Part shown: positions 41,536 to 49,911 of the stretch, piece after piece
Position numbering within the stretch: position 1 is the stretch's first letter
Layout: each line of letters starts with the position of its first letter
DNA from: an uncultured Colwellia sp.
GTDB lineage: Bacteria; Pseudomonadota; Gammaproteobacteria; Enterobacterales; Alteromonadaceae
Reading direction: 5' to 3'
NCBI GenBank assembly: GCA_913058245.1
Contig: CAJXQJ010000014.1
Location: 8,535 to 72,534, forward strand
DNA length: 64,000 bases
Translations under genes and position numbers: made by a program
Notes under the pieces: generated by a model
Databases searched by the model: none
What the model was told of the DNA's origin: nothing
The model's input: the letters and a program-made list of their open reading frames with translations, nothing else

Positions 41536-42076
41536 TATTTTCACCTTTTGCGGTTGAGCTACTGTCGTTCTTTTGATTATTTGTAACCTGCCATTTATCT
41601 AAAAATGTTGACCAATATTCCACGGAATACTCTAAATTATCTAATAATTCGGCAGTATCTTTTGATAACAGCATACGACCGGTATTCGTTGATACATACA
41701 TATGCGGATATCCTTGTACAGGCGGTAATGACTTCATAAATGCTTCATTTTCATTACTGTCACTGACGCTTATTTTCAATACCACATAGTTTTCGTGCAA
41801 TTGCTTATACACCTTTGGATTTTTTTCTAAAAAGGCATCCATTTTGTGGCACCAAGTACACCAAGTGCCACCTATTTCAATTAGTACGTTGCGATCAGTT
41901 GCTTGTGCCAACTTAATTGCGGCTTGCGCATCTTTAAACGGGTCACGTTTGTCACTATAAATTTTGCTATATAACGGTAATTCTTTAGCAACGCTTTGCA
42001 CGGCATCTTTGGCACTCGCGTCATTTAGGGTAAATAAACTGGATAAAAGTAAAACAATAAGCAGATGAAATTTCAT
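41522..42076 (-). CDS. Exported thioredoxin-fold protein
   Basis: Signal peptide, GGTWCTWCH, and GYPH cis-Pro loop. Confidence 0.85.
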   Translation of the reverse strand: MKFHLLIVLLLSSLFTLNDASAKDAVQSVAKELPLYSKIYSDKRDPFKDAQAAIKLAQATDRNVLIEIGGTWCTWCHKMDAFLEKNPKVYKQLHENYVVLKISVSDSNENEAFMKSLPPVQGYPHMYVSTNTGRMLLSKDTAELLDNLEYSVEYWSTFLDKWQVTNNQKNDSSSTAKGENNASS

Positions 42077-42139
42077 AAATTTTCTCTATTTCGATGGCAT
42101 TCAATACCAACTGACAATAAACACATAATAGAATGACCT

Positions 42140-42179
42140 TACATTAATTAACTATATTTCAGAATAGTTAATTAATGTA
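42140..42179. repeat. Perfect 16-bp inverted repeat with an 8-bp spacer
   Basis: TACATTAATTAACTAT-ATTTCAGA-ATAGTTAATTAATGTA. Confidence 0.9.
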
Positions 42180-42253
42180 CTCAGAAAGATATTATTTGCT
42201 TGAAGTTAACAAGTTGTCCGTACATGCACTTTATTTTCTAGGGTTTGATTAAT

Positions 42254-42289
42254 CGAGCGAAGCGACCCCCGTTCTAGTAATACGGGGGT
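42254..42289. other. GC-rich hairpin with a CGAGCGAAGCGA flank; resembles a rolling-circle origin
   Basis: Stem ACCCCCGT / ACGGGGGT with loop TCTAGTAAT; no adjacent U-tract on either strand. The function is inferred. Confidence 0.45.
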
Positions 42290-42305
42290 AAAGTGTTTTA
42301 TATTA

Positions 42306-44078
42306 TTAAAATTGTATCGATTCCATTTCTTTTTCTTTTTCATCGATTTCTCTTTTTAATAAATTATAGGTATGCACATCTGCGTCTATTGCTCTTTCAA
42401 TTAAAACATTTACTTCATCTTCCATATTATTATCTTTAATATAGTCTGTGGCAGAGTAATCTATTGATTCGTCGTAATTTACAAATTCTTTACTCATTAT
42501 TAATTCCATAACTTTATTGTATAAACTAGATGTTGATTCAATGGTAAAATACGCAAGTGCTTTACTTGAACCTCCCCATGAATATTGAGTAACCTGTTGC
42601 TTTACATCAACTTCACTTTCATCTAATTCGCTTTTATTCGAATTATTTGTAGTAGAGTTATTTCCAACCATGAAACTTAAAGAGCGCAATATATTACTTT
42701 TCGTATAATCAAATTCACTATTAAAATATCCTATATCAGCAAGCCTATTTTTAAATAAAGGATATAAATATAACTTCTTGAAATAGAATTCATCTAGAAC
42801 TGACAGGAAAATCAATTCCTGCGTAAATCTTGAATAGTTGATAAGAGCTTCAAAATAAAATTTTTCTTTTAAATTCAAAGGGCTGACACTGATAAAGCTT
42901 GCTGCATGAAATTCTCTAATACTTTTGTGAATAAAATGATAATCAAATCCCTCTTTAATTACTAAGCAAGTGTTTTTTATACAGTCAGTTAAGAAGTCAA
43001 TTTCGCTGTTGAGGTCTATTTTCGTGAGATGGCTTGCTTTTTCAACCTGCTCTATAGCTTGAACTCTCGATAAAGACGTCTTTCCTAGAATCATTGAATA
43101 AAAACAAAAGGCACAGAACAGTTTTTCTAATTTTTTTTCATTTAAGTCAGATAGAAATTCTCGCTTAAAACCTGGTTTTGTCGAGTCGTGTCTATTCACT
43201 AACAGATGAAATAAATTTTCATAAAATTCATGTAATTGAGTGGGAATTTCGTTGAACCCTTTATACGTAATTGCTAGTAGGGTTATGAGTAGCGGAGTTT
43301 TAAGAACTTCACCTATATTGGTTATATTTTCATGAATAGATTTTAATATCAGATTAACTGTAGCAGCATCTTCAAAAAGTTTCGATAATAGTGGTTTAAA
43401 ATCACTAGTATCTAATTGAGCTAAATTATAAACATTGAATAAGGGTACTTTTTGTATTTCAGAATCTGGCCTACTTGTTATGATAATTTGTTGCTCGTAA
43501 TACGTCATGCAAATATCTTCTAGATAAGCTAATGTTGGCTGAACCTCTGATTCAGGAATTTCATCAAAAGCGTCTAAAATCAAACTAAATTTATTTGATG
43601 AAAAAACCAGCCCTAAATCTTCCTCACCCACAGGAATATCCATATTATTAATGCTAGAAACTATAAGTTGTGGCAAAGATTTTCTGCTAGTTATTTTTCT
43701 CAATTCTACAAAGATAGGAATACAAATCCCCGTTCTTAAAGCCTTGCCTGATAAATACCTTGCGAGTATTGATTTACCTTGTCCAGCAGTCCCCTCTATA
43801 ACAATTTTTCCATTTTCAGGAAGTTTCGATAAAGAATCGAGTTCAAACTCTTTTTCATCACAAGCTAATTTAGATGGGTAGTAAAAGTCATTTAGGTTAA
43901 CTGACTTATCTACTTGCCAAATTGTTTTTACATTTTCGACATTTGATGCTTGTAAATATGATTTTTCAACATCAAATCCCTTTAAAGTCACAAACTTACT
44001 AGCTTTTGACTTCATGTAATTATAAACATCTTGATAAATGGGTTTAAATAGAAACAGTCCTTCTTTTCCAATAGGCAT
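42306..44078 (-). CDS. NACHT-domain STAND NTPase, putative antiphage NLR-like protein
   Basis: Walker A GTAGQGKS, Walker B LILDAFDEI, TSRP, TPLL, and winged-helix FIHKSIREFHAA; AT-rich coding sequence. Confidence 0.88.
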   Translation of the reverse strand: MPIGKEGLFLFKPIYQDVYNYMKSKASKFVTLKGFDVEKSYLQASNVENVKTIWQVDKSVNLNDFYYPSKLACDEKEFELDSLSKLPENGKIVIEGTAGQGKSILARYLSGKALRTGICIPIFVELRKITSRKSLPQLIVSSINNMDIPVGEEDLGLVFSSNKFSLILDAFDEIPESEVQPTLAYLEDICMTYYEQQIIITSRPDSEIQKVPLFNVYNLAQLDTSDFKPLLSKLFEDAATVNLILKSIHENITNIGEVLKTPLLITLLAITYKGFNEIPTQLHEFYENLFHLLVNRHDSTKPGFKREFLSDLNEKKLEKLFCAFCFYSMILGKTSLSRVQAIEQVEKASHLTKIDLNSEIDFLTDCIKNTCLVIKEGFDYHFIHKSIREFHAASFISVSPLNLKEKFYFEALINYSRFTQELIFLSVLDEFYFKKLYLYPLFKNRLADIGYFNSEFDYTKSNILRSLSFMVGNNSTTNNSNKSELDESEVDVKQQVTQYSWGGSSKALAYFTIESTSSLYNKVMELIMSKEFVNYDESIDYSATDYIKDNNMEDEVNVLIERAIDADVHTYNLLKREIDEKEKEMESIQF

Positions 44079-44168
44079 TTTTAGTCCTTTAGTTTTAAAT
44101 TAATATATCTAGAATTTTTTAACGATACTACGATATGTTATATTTTTCATAAATAACTACTACTTGTT

Positions 44169-44487
44169 TTAAAACGGCAAGCATTTTACAGCTTGAACCA
44201 TTGCATTACCTCCCCGACGATCATATAGATGAATACCCCATAAGGTGTTGTATAGTGAACCTGTCGGCTTTACGGTCTAATAATGTCGCAAACGTTCGTC
44301 GCAAATCATGAGCTGTAAACTTTGTTAGATTGGTTTCGTAAGATATTGTGTGTATTATTCTGTGAACACCTCCATAAACTAGTCTTCTGCTTCCTATTTT
44401 ATCTGTTCGACCAATCCCGACAAATAATGCCCCTTTTGTTTTATTTAATCGCTTAATCCATTCTTTAAGTGACTTTTTAACATATGG
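44169..44487 (-). pseudogene. Tyrosine recombinase C-terminal remnant (5'-truncated, frameshifted)
   Basis: Hand translation: PYVKKSLKEWIKRL..GALFVGIGRTDKIGSRRL..FTAHDLRRTFATLLD..TIQHLMGYSSI*, then in another frame YDRRGGNAMVQAVKCLPF*. Confidence 0.88.
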
Positions 44488-44800
44488 CTTAAAACAAGAT
44501 TTAATTGTACTGAAAAAGTTAATCCCCCTACTTTTAAAAATTATTACACGACATTACACGCCATTGAATGAGACTATTCATACTGTTAGCCTATTTCATT
44601 AAAAAATAGTTTTTGTGTTTAAAGGGTAAGCAAAGTTTTGTTTTCATAACAACTGACTTGCAACTTTACTCAGCAATAAATGTGTACATCAAATTTTTTG
44701 GTTTGATAGCTACATCCAAACATAGCAGCTGTGCTGCGCTGGTACGACAAAAACTAATATCAAAACCAACTAAAGAATTGGTACATATAGAAGGTGATTT

Positions 44801-45298
44801 ATGCTTTATATTATAGTGTTGCTCGTTGTATTCGTTATTTTCGCTGTGTTGCTAAAGGGTACAGGTATCAAAGAAGCGCCTATTTCTTATGCGTTAAAAG
44901 GGCCATTATTTACTCCAACTGAAAGAACATTTCTGGCGGCACTTAACCAAGCATGTGGCGTAAATGCCATTGTTTTCGGTAAGGTGAGAATTGCTGATGT
45001 TATCAAACCACAAGCCGGGCTAAATCAAAGCCAATGGCAAGCCGCCTTTAACCAAATTTCTTCCAAGCATTTTGACTATATTCTGTGTGATCCCATCAAC
45101 CTTTCTGTACTAGCTGTGATTGAGCTCGACAATAGCCGCCATACACAGCCTAAGAATGTCGAAAGAGATGACTTTATCAATGAACTTTGTGCTTCATCAT
45201 CATTAAAGTTACATCGTTTTACGGTTGAATACACCTATAACGTAGAAGAAATGCGCAAAACATTTTTTCCTGAATTAGACAATGCTAATGCTGCGTAA
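44801..45298 (+). CDS. DUF2726-family membrane-anchored protein
   Basis: N-terminal TM helix; LFTPTE, KVRIADV, KHFDYILC and IELD motifs. Confidence 0.85.
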   Translation: MLYIIVLLVVFVIFAVLLKGTGIKEAPISYALKGPLFTPTERTFLAALNQACGVNAIVFGKVRIADVIKPQAGLNQSQWQAAFNQISSKHFDYILCDPINLSVLAVIELDNSRHTQPKNVERDDFINELCASSSLKLHRFTVEYTYNVEEMRKTFFPELDNANAA

Positions 45299-45382
45299 GC
45301 TAGCTATTTTCATCTAAATCAGCTTTCTTTGTCGCACACAGATATTATTTTCTTAATATTTCAAATTACTTGTAATGTCATT

Positions 45383-45412
45383 ATGTCAAATTGGTAGCCG
45401 AACGATTATAAT
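45383..45412 (+). promoter_or_regulatory. Putative sigma70 promoter of rph-pyrE
   Basis: ATGTCA, 18-bp spacer, perfect TATAAT at 45407-45412. Confidence 0.5.
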
Positions 45413-45445
45413 GCGCAGCAATTATACTACGATAGGAAATTCCAC

Positions 45446-46159
45446 ATGCGTCCAAGCGGCAGAACTTTAGGGCAAATTCGTCCTGTAACCATTACTCGTC
45501 AATTTACAGCTCATGCAGAAGGCTCAGTACTTATTGAGTTTGGTGACACCAAAGTTATCTGTACTGCTACCGTTGAAGAAGGTGTGCCACGTTTCCTTAA
45601 AGGCCAAGGTAAAGGTTGGATTACTGCTGAATATGGCATGTTACCTCGCTCTACACACACCCGTATGCGTCGTGAAGCTGCAAATGGTAAGCAAAGTGGT
45701 CGTACGTTAGAAATTTCTCGTTTAATTGCTCGTTCATTACGCGCGTCGGTTGATTTAGTGGCACTTGGCGAAAATACGATTACTGTTGATTGTGATGTAA
45801 TTCAAGCGGACGGCGGCACTCGTACAGCATCTATTACTGGTGCTTGTGTGGCATTAGTTGACGCATTAAACCATATGCGCGCTAAAGGCATTATCAACAA
45901 TAACCCACTTAAGCACATGATTGCTGCAGTTTCTGTAGGTATCTACAAAGGTGAAGCGATTGCTGATTTAGAATATGTTGAAGATTCAGCTGCTGATACC
46001 GATATGAACGTAGTGATGACCGAAACGGGTAAGTTAATTGAAGTGCAAGGTACAGCAGAAGAAGAACCATTTAGCTTCGACGAAATGCAGCAAATGCTTA
46101 AACTTGCTAATGATGGTATTAACGAGTTATTTGATATCCAAAAAACGGCTTTAAACTAA
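45446..46159 (+). CDS. rph: Ribonuclease PH
   Basis: [16 protein letters not shown] and [13 protein letters not shown] motifs. Confidence 0.98.
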   Translation: MRPSGRTLGQIRPVTITRQFTAHAEGSVLIEFGDTKVICTATVEEGVPRFLKGQGKGWITAEYGMLPRSTHTRMRREAANGKQSGRTLEISRLIARSLRASVDLVALGENTITVDCDVIQADGGTRTASITGACVALVDALNHMRAKGIINNNPLKHMIAAVSVGIYKGEAIADLEYVEDSAADTDMNVVMTETGKLIEVQGTAEEEPFSFDEMQQMLKLANDGINELFDIQKTALN

Positions 46160-46179
46160 GCTAGAAAAAGGAGCTAATA

Positions 46180-46821
46180 ATGAAAGATTATCAACGCGAA
46201 TTTATTGAATTTGCTTTATCTAAACAAGTATTACGTTTTGGTGAATTCACATTAAAGTCAGGTCGCACTAGCCCGTATTTTTTCAATGCTGGTTTATTTA
46301 ACACCGGTGGCGATTTAGCCCGTTTAGGTCGCTTTTATGCTGCGGCTTTGCAGGATTCAAAAATCGACTATAACTTGTTGTTTGGCCCTGCTTACAAAGG
46401 TATTCCAATTGCGACAACAACAGCCGTAGCATTGGCTGATGGTTACGATATTGATATGCCATATTGCTTCAACCGTAAAGAAGCTAAAACGCACGGTGAA
46501 GGTGGTAGCTTAGTTGGCTCAGCACTGGCAGGTAAAGTGATGTTGGTTGACGATGTCATCACCGCAGGCACGGCTATTCGTGAATCAATGCAAATTATTC
46601 AAGCCCATGGCGCAGAGCTTTCAGGCGTGCTTATTGCCTTAGATCGTCAAGAGAAAGGCAAAGCTGAACTTTCTGCTATTCAAGAAGTAGAGCGTGACTT
46701 TAACACTAAGGTTATTTCTATTGTGACCTTGGCTGACTTAATTAGGTATTTAGAAGAAAAGCCAGATATGGTAGATAGCTTAGCTAGTATTAAAAAATAC
46801 CGTGAAGATTACGGCATTTAA
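46180..46821 (+). CDS. pyrE: Orotate phosphoribosyltransferase
   Basis: [21 protein letters not shown] and VDDVITAGT motifs. Confidence 0.98.
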   Translation: MKDYQREFIEFALSKQVLRFGEFTLKSGRTSPYFFNAGLFNTGGDLARLGRFYAAALQDSKIDYNLLFGPAYKGIPIATTTAVALADGYDIDMPYCFNRKEAKTHGEGGSLVGSALAGKVMLVDDVITAGTAIRESMQIIQAHGAELSGVLIALDRQEKGKAELSAIQEVERDFNTKVISIVTLADLIRYLEEKPDMVDSLASIKKYREDYGI

Positions 46822-46842
46822 GTTATAGCTAAATGCGAAACT

Positions 46843-46870
46843 AAAAAAGCCTGCAATTGCAGGCTTTTTT
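46843..46870. terminator. Bidirectional terminator after pyrE
   Basis: AAAAAAGCCTGCAATTGCAGGCTTTTTT. Confidence 0.85.
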
Positions 46871-46893
46871 GTACTTTGAATATAAGTTGTTCA

Positions 46894-47886
46894 CTAGGCC
46901 GTCAGTTCAAATTGATGGCTTGCTTGTTTGTCGTATGCTTGATTAATGTTTGAGTAAAACTGCTCAATGCGCCCTGCTCTTTCATCTACTTCAAGTGAAC
47001 GACTTGGAGCAATTGCCTCTTGCGATGACAATGTATCTTGAATGTGGCGATCAAAATCGGCGCTACTTTCGGCACTGCCAAGATTATCATCATCTTGAAA
47101 TATTGCTTTATCTCGATATAAGTTTCCAGGCTCAGACTTGGTTTCAGCATCTTCAGCACTTGCCGCTAGCAGCTCAGCCTGTGCTTCAAGAATAATGTTT
47201 GAAGCAGACGCAGCAACTCGCACATCTTGTGCTGATGGTTGTGCCGGAGCAAGTGCAGCAGCTTGCACTTTTTTCATTTTAGCAATAGTTTCTTTCGGGT
47301 CACCTGGCACAGGCGTTAAATCAACAGAAACTTCACCTTCTACTGCATATTTTTTACCATCGGGGCCAATTTGAAATGAATATGATGGAGAGCCAGTAAA
47401 TGCACCACCAACTGCAGCATGTGCCATTTCATGAGTGCGAACTTCTTTGTCGCGATTTTCTAATTCTCGAATAACTTGTTTTTCAGCAAACACTTCGGCA
47501 TCTGACTTACCGTCATTTTCTACTGATTCAGCATTCTCTTGCGAATTATTAGCTGTGTTATCTTCATTGTTATTTTCAGCCGAGTTATCTGAGGCGTTTT
47601 GCTGAGATCCTTCATTACCGTTTGCGTCACGAGAATCACCATTTATAGAAGCACTAGCTTGTTCTGCTTGCTTACGTAGACTAGTGAAGTCGACTTGTTC
47701 ATTGTTTTGAGCGGGCGTTCGACCTCGCTCTTTATCTGACGCTACGCCCTTTTCAGCCGCAGATTGACTAAGCGCTTCTGGCTTAGTAATTATTTCTCGT
47801 TGTTGATTATCACGGCGCAAGCTATCCGTTTGCAGGTTAACTGCTGTTTGAATGGGTAAATTAAAGCCTTGCGGAGTGATATTCAT
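46894..47886 (-). CDS. SprA/SrpA-related putative zinc metalloprotease
   Basis: RDKEVRTHEMAH (HExxH), GPDGKKYAVEGEV and AALAPAQPSAQD motifs; low-complexity flanks. Confidence 0.8.
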   Translation of the reverse strand: MNITPQGFNLPIQTAVNLQTDSLRRDNQQREIITKPEALSQSAAEKGVASDKERGRTPAQNNEQVDFTSLRKQAEQASASINGDSRDANGNEGSQQNASDNSAENNNEDNTANNSQENAESVENDGKSDAEVFAEKQVIRELENRDKEVRTHEMAHAAVGGAFTGSPSYSFQIGPDGKKYAVEGEVSVDLTPVPGDPKETIAKMKKVQAAALAPAQPSAQDVRVAASASNIILEAQAELLAASAEDAETKSEPGNLYRDKAIFQDDDNLGSAESSADFDRHIQDTLSSQEAIAPSRSLEVDERAGRIEQFYSNINQAYDKQASHQFELTA

Positions 47887-47892
47887 CAGAGA

Positions 47893-48183
47893 CTAAACAC
47901 GTACGTCGATTAGTGTGCCCAAGTTTTCATCAGCAGACTGAATGACTTCAGCAGAAGCCTGTGCTTGCACTTCTGCTACACGTAAATTAACAATAGATTC
48001 TGTTAATCCGTTTGGTTCATTTGTTACAGATGACGGAGAGGAAGTATTACTTGCGACCGGCTCTGCGCTAGCCTCAGCGTCTACAGCAGTGCTTCGTGCA
48101 ATATCGCTCGCTGCTCTACTTGCTTCTTCGGTTGCCGTTTGAAAGCCTTGTACGCCAGCATTAAAAGCTGATTGTATTTCCAT
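47893..48183 (-). CDS. Small protein resembling the terminal (D0) helices of flagellar axial proteins
   Basis: SAFNAGVQGF...RAASDIA and LTESIVNL...ASAEVIQSADENLGTLIDV resemble rod/hook N- and C-terminal motifs; GGAGAAGG RBS. Confidence 0.7.
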   Translation of the reverse strand: MEIQSAFNAGVQGFQTATEEASRAASDIARSTAVDAEASAEPVASNTSSPSSVTNEPNGLTESIVNLRVAEVQAQASAEVIQSADENLGTLIDVRV

Positions 48184-48282
48184 AACCTTCTCCCAAATAT
48201 ATTTACTAAATACGATTCAAAGTGCAAATATATTAGCTAAAATCATTTGCCTAATTATTAACCAAAACCGTTAAAAAGTAAA

Positions 48283-49074
48283 CTAATGGACATTGGGAAT
48301 ATACTCTATCAGCCAATTTTTAAGCTCAGATATAAATTCAGCTTGATGAGAAATAAACGGTGCATGTGAGGCTTGTTCAAAAATATAGCTCTGACTATTT
48401 GGCGCTATATCATCAATTACGGGAATAACTTGCTTTGGTACTAAGCCATCAAGTTTGCCGTAAAGCCTTAAAAATGGCTGAGTAATGTTACTAATATCTT
48501 CAGTAACATCTGATGTTTCTAAAAGTTTGAGCGAGTCATCTAATACCTGCTGACTTGGTAATTCATATTGCATTACCAAATCACGAATTTTCTTAATATC
48601 TTGACGAATATGCGGGCTGCCCATCGCCTGAATTTTTAAAAAATTATTAATAGTTTTTGTGGTGTCTTTTGCCAGTTGCTGATGGAACATTGCCAAGACA
48701 TTCTCTTTAATGCCAGGCCAGTTCTCGCGCTCTACAAACTGTGGGGAACTCGCCACTGTAACTAGGCCAAGTACTTGCTCCTTGAAACTCGTGGCAATTT
48801 GACTAGCAACTAAACCACCCAATGACCAACCAATGTAAACAGCTGGTTTGCCAATTGCTTGCTGGATAGCAGTGGCAATTTCAATTAACGAGTATTCAGC
48901 AAGACAATGTGAGCTATTAGTTGCAAAGCCGGGCAAATCTACGGTAATCACTTCAAAGTCAGCTTTTAGTTGTTCAATACACGGTTGCCAAACTGCGGAA
49001 TTTAATCCCCAACCATGAATAAATACTAACGGAAGACCTTGCCCTTGGCTCGCAATTTTCAAACTTTCTGCCAT
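48283..49074 (-). CDS. bioH: Pimeloyl-ACP methyl ester esterase
   Basis: HGWGLN, GWSLGG and SHAPFISH motifs; divergent from comF. Confidence 0.93.
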   Translation of the reverse strand: MAESLKIASQGQGLPLVFIHGWGLNSAVWQPCIEQLKADFEVITVDLPGFATNSSHCLAEYSLIEIATAIQQAIGKPAVYIGWSLGGLVASQIATSFKEQVLGLVTVASSPQFVERENWPGIKENVLAMFHQQLAKDTTKTINNFLKIQAMGSPHIRQDIKKIRDLVMQYELPSQQVLDDSLKLLETSDVTEDISNITQPFLRLYGKLDGLVPKQVIPVIDDIAPNSQSYIFEQASHAPFISHQAEFISELKNWLIEYIPNVH

Positions 49075-49119
49075 GCTTACTACGCTCTATATAAAGTGAG
49101 CGCATAGTTTAACGAATGG

Positions 49120-49896
49120 GTGCTAAAAATGGAATTTGGCAATTACATCAATGGTGATAGTTTTTTAAAAGTAAGACAAAAATTAATTTTAGCAATTCAC
49201 AGGTTTAAACTATTAATAAGTTGTTGCACTTTGTGTGGTAATGCTTGCCAGCAGCATCAATTACTTTGTCAGTTTTGCCAAGACGACTTACCTTATTTCA
49301 AACGAGACTTAGTCGGGTTCGACTTATTACTATGGCCGGCAATTAATCAAGTATTGCCTAAAGCGCAGTTTGATCACTTACTTTGCTTAGGCCCATATCA
49401 ATGGCCTTTTGCTCTTTGGATAAACCAATTGAAATATCAAGGCCAGACTGAGCTAAGTGGCTTATTAGCCTATTTATTGAGCCAGCATTGGAACAACTAC
49501 CTTACCGAGCAGAAGCAAAGACCGGCTTCCGAGAATATCTTAGTAGTCAGCGTGCCTTTACATATAAAAAAATGGCAAAGCCGCGGATTTAATCAGGCAC
49601 ATTTAATTGCAAAGCACTTTGCCGATCAGTTTAACTATCCTTATCAGCCAGAATTGCTAATACGAGATAAAGCCACACACAGCCAAGTTGGACAATCGGG
49701 AGTACAGCGCAGGAAAAACTTAGCTCAGGCCTTTATTATCAACCCTAGCAATAAAGAGATACATGCCGACCATGTTGTACTTATTGATGATGTGGTTACA
49801 ACCGGCACAACTGCAAATGAAATTTGCAAATTGCTCAAAAAAAGAGGAGTGCAAAAAATTACCCTCCTCAGTATTTGTTTAGCCCTGCCTAGTTAA
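49120..49896 (+). CDS. comF: ComF/GntX competence protein (start uncertain)
   Basis: N-terminal Cys motifs, RGFNQA and LIDDVVTTGTT. Confidence 0.9.
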   Translation: MLKMEFGNYINGDSFLKVRQKLILAIHRFKLLISCCTLCGNACQQHQLLCQFCQDDLPYFKRDLVGFDLLLWPAINQVLPKAQFDHLLCLGPYQWPFALWINQLKYQGQTELSGLLAYLLSQHWNNYLTEQKQRPASENILVVSVPLHIKKWQSRGFNQAHLIAKHFADQFNYPYQPELLIRDKATHSQVGQSGVQRRKNLAQAFIINPSNKEIHADHVVLIDDVVTTGTTANEICKLLKKRGVQKITLLSICLALPS

Positions 49897-49911
49897 GCTA
49901 CATCTTATTAG

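Noticed and set aside
44613-44816. 67-aa ORF next to the islet
   Set aside because: Non-ATG start, no RBS or motif, and it overlaps the DUF2726 start; not supportable as a gene.
42187-45354. Possible att direct repeat AGATATTATTT[G/T]CTT at 42187-42201 and 45340-45354
   Set aside because: A 14/15 match but very AT-rich, so it could easily be chance. It needs an empty-site comparison.
45364-45391. TTATGTCAAAT resembles a XerD arm of a dif/pdif site, which would fit a filamentous-phage origin for the islet
   Set aside because: A XerC-like arm fits only with a non-canonical 5-bp spacer, and the sequence overlaps the probable -35 element of the rph promoter.
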